IMG/VR virus record: IMGVR_UViG_3300017814_000173
Strand: one strand, 5' to 3'
Length of the DNA: 20,000 bases
Source: an uncultured virus (IMG/VR IMGVR_UViG_3300017814_000173)
Lineage: Duplodnaviria; Heunggongvirae; Uroviricota; Caudoviricetes
Shown here: in pieces, positions 14,211 to 20,000 of the stretch
Position numbering within the stretch: position 1 is the first letter of the stretch
Layout: each line of letters opens with the position of its first letter
Notes under the pieces: model-generated
Told to the model about the DNA's origin: nothing
Seen by the model: the letters and a program-made list of their open reading frames with translations, nothing else
Databases searched by the model: none
Translations under genes and position numbers: made by a program

Positions 14211-14653
14211 TTTCTGGCCCACGGCGCCGCGTCATTGACCGGCTGCGGCGGCCGGGCGTTGGCCTGGCGCGACGCATAACCCTTGATCTCGTTGCGGATA
14301 TCGCCGTTGGCATCCTTGCTCAACTTGACCTTGATCACCATCGGCAGATTGTGCAGTTCAACCGAATCTTTCGGTTGCATCACGCCCACCGCCCGGCAGA
14401 CGGCGGACAACTCGCCCCGGGCAATTCGGACCGCGTCGCTGTTCGGATTGTCGAGATTGAGATTGTTGAACAGCTTCCGGCCTTTGTGGTCGCCGGCGAT
14501 GATCTCGAACGTCAGTTTCAGAAAATGGCCGTTCTTGTTTTTGTTCTCCTTCATTTCCGATTCGGTGATGACAGCCTCGTAATCGCCTTCGGGGATCGGG
14601 TCGAACCCCACGTTCGGTTCCACCGTGTTCGCATCGAAATTCAGCGTTGCCAT
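14207..14653 (-). CDS. DUF669-family phage single-stranded DNA-binding protein
   Basis: FDPIPEGDYEAVITESE...LKLTFEI...GRKLFNNLNL...NEIKGY; located directly after the Sak4-like gene. Confidence 0.88.
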   Translation of the reverse strand: MATLNFDANTVEPNVGFDPIPEGDYEAVITESEMKENKNKNGHFLKLTFEIIAGDHKGRKLFNNLNLDNPNSDAVRIARGELSAVCRAVGVMQPKDSVELHNLPMVIKVKLSKDANGDIRNEIKGYASRQANARPPQPVNDAAPWARK

Positions 14654-14681
14654 ACTTATGGTTCCTTTCTAATTTGGGAAG

Positions 14682-15431
14682 TTATTTCTGCGGCGCGAGG
14701 GCGGCCATGAATGCCGACCACGACAGCGGCAGTTCGTCCGGCAGGTTGTAGCGGTTCTTGGCCATCACGTCGGGCCCGCCGACCGTCCGCATGATCCGTT
14801 CGCCGCCGTTCGCGCCGATCGCGTGAGCAATCGTCCGGTCGCCTTCCTTTTCCAGCCGGATGCGCCGGGTGGCGTAAAAGATCGCGTCCACCCATTCCGT
14901 CAGCATGGTCATCGCCAGCTTCTGCATCCGTGGCACCATCTGGTCGTAGGTCGAAGCGGTCGGGTCGCGGAACGGCCGGATGTCCGAGTGGGCCAGGAAG
15001 ATCACCGCCATATTCTTCTGCTGGCGCAACATGCCCAGTTTGTCCAGCAGTTCCGACCAGCAGTTGAGCGCGTTCTTGTAACCGTTGCCCCAGCCGCCGT
15101 CGGCCTTTTCAATCACCGAGACGCCGAATCGCTTGCAGACCGCGTCGAAAATCAGTTTTTCCAGCCAGTCGGCGCTGTCGATCACCACCGTTTGAAACTG
15201 GTGATCTTCGCGCAACAGCGTGTTCAGATAGTCATCGATCTGCTCGAGACTGGTCGCTAGCGGAAAACGGCTGCAGTCCACCTGATTCTGGCCGTCTTCG
15301 GTCGGGATAAAGATCGGGTTGGGCGCACTGGCGCCGAACGTGGTCTTGCCGATGCCTTCGGGACCGTGCAGCAGAATCCGCGGCGGCGGAAACTGCTTGC
15401 CGGTAATAATCGTTTTCAACAATGATTCCAT
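14682..15431 (-). CDS. Sak4-like ssDNA-annealing P-loop ATPase (AAA_24)
   Basis: LLHGPEGIGKTTF, TVVIDSADWLE, FLAHS, EWVDAIFYA, AKNRYNLP. Confidence 0.9.
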   Translation of the reverse strand: MESLLKTIITGKQFPPPRILLHGPEGIGKTTFGASAPNPIFIPTEDGQNQVDCSRFPLATSLEQIDDYLNTLLREDHQFQTVVIDSADWLEKLIFDAVCKRFGVSVIEKADGGWGNGYKNALNCWSELLDKLGMLRQQKNMAVIFLAHSDIRPFRDPTASTYDQMVPRMQKLAMTMLTEWVDAIFYATRRIRLEKEGDRTIAHAIGANGGERIMRTVGGPDVMAKNRYNLPDELPLSWSAFMAALAPQK

Positions 15432-15443
15432 GCTTTCTTATCC

Positions 15444-15704
15444 TTATTTTGCGGGGTTAAAGTTTTTGTGTGAGGCGGCCGGACGGGTTATGATCCATTT
15501 CCGCAACCGCCGGCGCATCCAGATTCCGGTATAGCGGCCGGTGTGATGATGATATCCCGTGGCGCGATCAATGGAAACAATTTCCCGACCGCCGACGGTT
15601 CGATGAAAACATTCCGGTATATTTTTCGTCAGAATCTGCACGCTGCGCGGATTTTCCGTGCCGTGCCGCAACGCGGTTCGAATTGTTTTGCGAAAAAACT
15701 TCAT
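15444..15704 (-). CDS. Small basic hypothetical protein (86 aa)
   Basis: ATG directly follows the upstream TAA; GGAG SD; fills the gap between the two ATPase genes. Confidence 0.6.
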   Translation of the reverse strand: MKFFRKTIRTALRHGTENPRSVQILTKNIPECFHRTVGGREIVSIDRATGYHHHTGRYTGIWMRRRLRKWIITRPAASHKNFNPAK

Positions 15705-16970
15705 TTATTGCTGCTCCGTTTTAGGTTGAGTTTGAACGGACGGCGCGACCATGCCGTCCTCGATGATGACCGAGCATTCCGCGCCCTTGGAAACGCGGGT
15801 GGTGATGGCCTGCATGCCTTGATCCTGCAGCCACCGGCCAAACTGGTCCAGCGTGGTCATATCCATCTGTTCCAGACCGTCGATCAGCACAAAGCCGCAG
15901 TCCGGGTTCATCTGCCGCACGATCGAGGTGGCCACGACCAATTGATCGGATCCGCTCAGACAGTCCCATTGACGATTCTGATAGAGCAGTTCGCCGTTGG
16001 CAATCGTCAGCCCGTCGAGCGGCAGCTTAACGCTGCTCAGTAACGCCAGCCGGGCGGCGCGCACGTCGTCGATCTGCTTGCCCAAGGTTTGATAGCGGGT
16101 GGTCAAATCAAGCGCGTCCTTGGCCGCTTTGGCCTTATCTTCGTTGGCGCGAATTTTGATGTTCAGCGCTTCGTTGTCGGTCAGTTGTTTTTCGATTGCC
16201 GCCAGATCGGGCAACGCCGACTGTTCGGCCAGAAACTTGGTTCCGGCCTCCACCGTTTCGCGCAACTTGGCTACTTGTTCCGTCAGCCGGACCAGCGCCG
16301 CTTCCTGATCGGCCAACTGCTTCTGATCGGCTTCGTGCATCGCGGTCAGGCGCTGGCGTTCGGCAATCGTTTTCGCGGCGGTATCGCGACGTTGCAGCAA
16401 TTCGGACAATGTGACCGGAACGGCGGGGACATCGTCATATTTCGGCAAGCTCTGGGCGTACGCCGTTTTGCTCTTGTTTTCGCGTCCGGTCAACGTCCGT
16501 TCGTTTTCCAGATACTGTTCCTGGGCATCGAATTGCAGCAGTTCTTTTTCGTGGCCGATCACCTGCAGCAGATACGATGCCTTTTCCTTGGCCGAGGCGT
16601 TGATGAATTTGGAGAGATCGAGCGACAGCAGATTGATAATCTGGCGCAGGTCGCTTTCTTTGCCGCTGGTGAAGCCGTTCGGCGCGGTGATTTTCAGGTA
16701 GCCCGGTTCGCCGTGCCGTTCCACGATCAACCCGTTCGACAACGCAACTTTGACTTGCGGATCGGCTTCCGAGCCTTCGCGTTTGACCGAACTCGGCGCG
16801 GCGGTCTTGCCGATCAGCGCCCACTTGATGGCGTCCAGCACGCTGCTCTTGCCCTGACGGTTGTCGCCGCCCAACACCAGCAGCGCCTTGCCGTCGCAGG
16901 ACACTTCCACCACTTTAACGCGCTTGACGTTCTCCACTTCAAAGCTGATAATTTTCGTCGGATCGCTCAT
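15705..16970 (-). CDS. SMC/Rad50-like ABC ATPase with central coiled coil
   Basis: VENVKRVK, GDNRQGKSSVLDAI (Walker A), coiled coil, LSGSDQ signature, VLIDGLEQMD (Walker B). Confidence 0.9.
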   Translation of the reverse strand: MSDPTKIISFEVENVKRVKVVEVSCDGKALLVLGGDNRQGKSSVLDAIKWALIGKTAAPSSVKREGSEADPQVKVALSNGLIVERHGEPGYLKITAPNGFTSGKESDLRQIINLLSLDLSKFINASAKEKASYLLQVIGHEKELLQFDAQEQYLENERTLTGRENKSKTAYAQSLPKYDDVPAVPVTLSELLQRRDTAAKTIAERQRLTAMHEADQKQLADQEAALVRLTEQVAKLRETVEAGTKFLAEQSALPDLAAIEKQLTDNEALNIKIRANEDKAKAAKDALDLTTRYQTLGKQIDDVRAARLALLSSVKLPLDGLTIANGELLYQNRQWDCLSGSDQLVVATSIVRQMNPDCGFVLIDGLEQMDMTTLDQFGRWLQDQGMQAITTRVSKGAECSVIIEDGMVAPSVQTQPKTEQQ

Positions 16971-16996
16971 CTTTTCCTTATCCTTATGATTTGTTT

Positions 16997-17296
16997 TCAG
17001 TTCAGGCCGTGGCCGATCGCTCGGCGCAACTCGTCGGCATCGATCCCGCTGCGGCTGCCGATTTTGACCTTGTGCAGCCGCCCGGCATTGATGTGCCGGT
17101 ACAGCGTCATGGTCGAGATGTTGAGTCGCCGGGCCGCTTCGACGATTGACACCAGTTTTTCCGCCGGAGCCGGTTTCACTTCAAACTGTTCCAGCGCGTC
17201 AACCAGTCCCGCCGGACTCAATTCGCGCACATACTGCTGCAATAACGCCGTCGCCGCGTTGATGATGGAGGGAGGAATGCTGCCGTTTATTTTCAT
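16997..17296 (-). CDS. Excisionase-like HTH DNA-binding protein
   Basis: ATG at 17296 with AGGAG SD; C-terminal LVSIVEAARRLNISTMTLYRHINAGRLHKVKIG..GIDADEL. Confidence 0.85.
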   Translation of the reverse strand: MKINGSIPPSIINAATALLQQYVRELSPAGLVDALEQFEVKPAPAEKLVSIVEAARRLNISTMTLYRHINAGRLHKVKIGSRSGIDADELRRAIGHGLN

Positions 17297-17298
17297 GG

Positions 17299-18105
17299 TT
17301 AGCTCCTGCTCAGATAGCCGACACGTTCGTAATTGGTCGGCCAGAGTCCGGCGGCCTTGCATTCCCGCAGCCGACGAATCCCCGCCTGGTTTTCCATGAC
17401 CGTGGACACCAGATCGTCTTCCACCAGCCGGTCGACCCGCACCCGCCATGGGGCTTTTTTCTCGACCGCGATGATGTAGAATGGATACCGGATCCGGCTG
17501 ACCTGCAGCACGATATCCCAGTAGAAAGCCATTTGGCTCCAATACCCGTATTTCTTGGCGTCGAACGGGAAAAAATCGACGTCGTCGCACGTTTTCAAGT
17601 CGATGATCCCACGGTCCGGATGGAACTTGTCCATCCGAATCTGGCACGGCACGCCGCAGTATTCGGCGCGAACCACCGCTTCCGGAAAACCGCCGTCGAT
17701 CAGCTTCATTGCCTCGGCGTGACGCTGCACCGCGTTGAACAGAATTTTCACCTGTTCATAATCCGCCGGCCGGACGATTTCTTTCGTCTGCGTCGCCGCC
17801 CAGAGCTGGTAGGCTTGCGAATCCGGACCGTAGGCCTTACCCGTTTTCGGATTGACCGGTTCGTCGACCGTGAACTCATGGTCAAACGCTTCGCGGCCTT
17901 CCAGAATCAGACAATGCGCCGACCGACCCAACGCATAGGACGGTTTATCTTCGTCCACCACCTCGCCGGTCAGTTTCATCTGATAGAGCCGCGGACATTT
18001 CATGAAATCTTTCAGCATATGACTGCTGAGATATTCGCCGCGCCGCGTCCGGGCGTGATATTCGGCCTGATCCTCGATAATCAGCCAGTCGGGACGGTTA
18101 TTCAT
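17299..18105 (-). CDS. RecE/exonuclease VIII-like PD-(D/E)XK nuclease
   Basis: EYHA...LSSHMLKDF..CPRLY, LGRSAHCLILEG, CQIRMD...IIDLKT, YGYWSQMAFY, IAVEKKAPW; ATG at 18105 with GGGAGG SD. Confidence 0.9.
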   Translation of the reverse strand: MNNRPDWLIIEDQAEYHARTRRGEYLSSHMLKDFMKCPRLYQMKLTGEVVDEDKPSYALGRSAHCLILEGREAFDHEFTVDEPVNPKTGKAYGPDSQAYQLWAATQTKEIVRPADYEQVKILFNAVQRHAEAMKLIDGGFPEAVVRAEYCGVPCQIRMDKFHPDRGIIDLKTCDDVDFFPFDAKKYGYWSQMAFYWDIVLQVSRIRYPFYIIAVEKKAPWRVRVDRLVEDDLVSTVMENQAGIRRLRECKAAGLWPTNYERVGYLSRS

Positions 18106-19153
18106 GACGCGCCCTCCCGTTGATCCAGGCGCGCCGCCGTTCGGAATAATCCGGCTTTTGATAATCGCGCCAGAAATCGGCGAACCGGTCATGGACCAGC
18201 TTGATCATTTCGGCAATGGCCTGAATCCGTTCGCCGATGCGTTCGTCATCGGTGTCGCCTTCTTCTTTGGGCAGCTTCAATCCCGACCAGACCATCCGGT
18301 TTGCCTCAAACCGGCCTTCCCATAGGTCTTCATGGTTCGGCGCGATTCGCAGCATCGCCTTGCTCAATGTTTTGCCGCCCAGCAACGCCGCCTGCAACTC
18401 ATCGCAGACCGGCGCTCCATAGCCTTTCGCCGCTACCGTGGTGGACACCCGGGCTTCGTCCTGATGTTCGTCGTCATAATAGAGTTCGATCGGGTCGGCC
18501 ACATAGAATGCCGGGTCGCCGTCCAACTTCCAGACTTCACCCTGCCACAGACACCAGGTCAGGAACTCCCGGCCGATACCGTCCGGCGGCGGGACATTCG
18601 TATCCAACGCCTTGGCCCATCCCCACGGCGTCAACTGTTCCAGTTCCACACCGAAGGTCTTATAGAACTGCACGATCAAGGTATCCGAACTGGCAGACGA
18701 GAAGTTCAACGCATAGACGCGCCGTTCGGCCGGGACAACGATCACCTGTATCCAGGTCAGCGTCGGCAATGCCTTGTGCGACAGCTCGTCCGCAACCTCG
18801 GCTTGGATGTCCCGGCGGATTTTCCGGGGTACGCGACTGGAATCGGTTTGTTTCTTCCAGAGTTCAACCTTGCGCTCGACCGCCGCCGCCATCAGCTTGG
18901 ACGACGCCTTGCGTTCGGCGGCGCGTAGATGCAGCAGATAATAATCGCCGCACCGGCAGGTCTCGTCGTTGAAATCGCAACTCAACACATCGCGTCCGGT
19001 AGACCATCCCAACTGCTTTTGATCGGGCTGAACACTGTCCAGAACGCCGGCTTTATTGTTTGCCAGTTGTTGATAAGCATCGTCCCAGTCCGGCGGAAAG
19101 TCGCCGAGCATCTGAAAGACGGTCAGCGCCATGCTTGGTTTCAAGATATCCAT
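18098..19153 (-). CDS. rdgC: RdgC-like recombination-associated protein
   Basis: LGW...YYLLHLRAAERKASSKLMAAAV...RKIRRDIQAEVADELSHKALPT matches the RdgC N-terminal pattern; ATG at 19153. Confidence 0.75.
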   Translation of the reverse strand: MDILKPSMALTVFQMLGDFPPDWDDAYQQLANNKAGVLDSVQPDQKQLGWSTGRDVLSCDFNDETCRCGDYYLLHLRAAERKASSKLMAAAVERKVELWKKQTDSSRVPRKIRRDIQAEVADELSHKALPTLTWIQVIVVPAERRVYALNFSSASSDTLIVQFYKTFGVELEQLTPWGWAKALDTNVPPPDGIGREFLTWCLWQGEVWKLDGDPAFYVADPIELYYDDEHQDEARVSTTVAAKGYGAPVCDELQAALLGGKTLSKAMLRIAPNHEDLWEGRFEANRMVWSGLKLPKEEGDTDDERIGERIQAIAEMIKLVHDRFADFWRDYQKPDYSERRRAWINGRARHE

Positions 19154-19155
19154 AA

Positions 19156-19431
19156 TTACTTTGATCCTTCGGGCGGTTCGCCCCATTCCGCGACCGCCAG
19201 CGCCCGATACCGCTGCAACTGGGCGATCATCAGATCGATTTTTTCAATCATTTTGTTTCCGGCTACGGCTACGCTTGGGCCGACGCCGACCGGGATGACC
19301 GGCTCACACGCTTCTTCGGTAGACAGCACATACAAGTTACGGCCGGCGTCCCGGCTCAACTCCCAATGGCCGTCTTCGGAAATCATAACTTCCGGGCCGA
19401 TCGGCAACTTTTTAGGTTTCCAGTGAATCAT
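19156..19431 (-). CDS. Hypothetical protein (91 aa)
   Basis: Lies in the gene train and ends 2 nt before the RdgC-like start. Confidence 0.75.
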   Translation of the reverse strand: MIHWKPKKLPIGPEVMISEDGHWELSRDAGRNLYVLSTEEACEPVIPVGVGPSVAVAGNKMIEKIDLMIAQLQRYRALAVAEWGEPPEGSK

Positions 19432-19534
19432 GTTCTTCGCGCCTTATTAATAGTTGGGTGATTCTGGCCTTGGCATAGGCCAGAAAGGTAACCACGGCAA
19501 TGGCAATATGCAGAAAATCGCCGCCGTCCATCAT
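19412..19534 (-). CDS. Putative 40-aa single-pass membrane peptide
   Basis: Not in the ORF track. ATGA overlap with the upstream stop, GAGGA SD; MMDGGDFLHIAIAVVTFLAYAKARITQLLIRREEHDSLET. Confidence 0.55.
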   Translation of the reverse strand: MMDGGDFLHIAIAVVTFLAYAKARITQLLIRREEHDSLET

Positions 19535-19764
19535 GCCGGATCCTCGCTGGACTCCGAAGCCGCTTGCTGCTGCCGTTTGGCGCGGACGCGCCGCAGCGCT
19601 ACGGCTAGCGCCGCCAGATTCTCCAGCTCATGGTCGAAGTCGGTTGCCGGATCGGCAATGCGTTCCGTCAACCGGGAAATCATGTTCCGCTGCGCCTGAT
19701 CGGCCAGTGGGATTTCCGTTTCGTAAGCCTGCCGCAATTTCTCGATTTCATTGTAGACGTTCAT
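19531..19764 (-). CDS. Small helical hypothetical protein (77 aa)
   Basis: ATG at 19764 (MNVYNEIEKLRQ...) with AAGGA SD. Confidence 0.75.
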   Translation of the reverse strand: MNVYNEIEKLRQAYETEIPLADQAQRNMISRLTERIADPATDFDHELENLAALAVALRRVRAKRQQQAASESSEDPA

Positions 19765-19793
19765 GTTCCTTGGCCGCCTTATGTTGGTTTGGG

Positions 19794-20000
19794 TTAATGC
19801 TGCTCGATCAGCCACGCGACGAACTTCGCCGGTGAAATCCGTCCGTCCGCTTCAACGGGAGCCCCGGCATTGATCGCTTGCCCGATCTTGGCGCCGTAAT
19901 CGGTTCCGGTCGCGGTTTTCAGTTCCTGCCCGAGTTCCGCCGGCGTCATCCGGCAGTCCGCCAGAGCGGACAAATTTTTAAATACCTTTGCTTTTTTCAT
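19794..20000 (-). CDS. Small hypothetical protein, possibly DNA-binding (the start may lie beyond the window)
   Basis: MTPAELGQEL...AINAGAPVEADGRISPAKFVAWL has the look of a small winged-HTH fold. Confidence 0.6.
   Translation of the reverse strand: MKKAKVFKNLSALADCRMTPAELGQELKTATGTDYGAKIGQAINAGAPVEADGRISPAKFVAWLIEQH

Larger units (their letters stand above)
1..20000 (-). mobile_element. Phage/prophage early-middle region (recombination, replication, DNA modification, accessory genes); boundaries lie outside the window
   Basis: About 30 co-oriented minus-strand ORFs with overlapping stop/start codons. Typical phage content: ExoVIII-like nuclease, Sak4-like ATPase, DUF669 SSB, RusA, helicase, ThyX, orphan methyltransferases, HNH, ASCH. 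Confidence 0.92.

Noticed and set aside
7970..17399. Long plus-strand ORFs (e.g. 7970-9127, 9134-10237, 11983-12921, 13021-13842, 16089-17399)
   Set aside because: They are antisense shadows of well-supported GC-rich minus-strand genes, with no recognisable motifs.
16997..19186. Longest-ORF starts in the track (17647, 18192, 19186; likewise 3788, 3228, 2918, 1402, 19815)
   Set aside because: They overlap upstream genes extensively; downstream ATGs with SD sequences or stop/start coupling fit better.

Overview
The window is one continuous, tightly packed, minus-strand gene train with many ATGA/GTGA overlaps. It looks like the early/middle (recombination, replication, DNA modification, accessory) region of a tailed phage or prophage from a fairly GC-rich host. 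In transcription order (right to left) there are three blocks. (1) Recombination/replication: small ORFs, RdgC-like protein, RecE/ExoVIII-like PD-(D/E)XK nuclease, HTH protein, SMC/Rad50-like ATPase, Sak4-like ATPase, DUF669 SSB, RusA and a RadD/YejH-like helicase. (2) Nucleotide metabolism and methylation: ThyX, a putative all-alpha NTP pyrophosphatase, an SNF2-methyltransferase fusion, a C5-cytosine methyltransferase and an HD-domain protein. (3) Accessory genes: a stray tail-tube-like gene, HTH and LexA-DBD regulators, HNH, ASCH and hypotheticals. The most notable observations are a probable +1-frame gene nested inside the C5 methyltransferase, about nine degenerate repeats in that enzyme's variable region, a tail-tube-like gene bracketed by exact 18-bp direct repeats of a GTGAA(A/G)AGTGAA family, a ThyX with RSR in place of RHR, and a LexA DNA-binding domain without its peptidase. 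I saw no RNA genes, CRISPR array, integrase or primase. All family calls come from motif recognition, not database searches.
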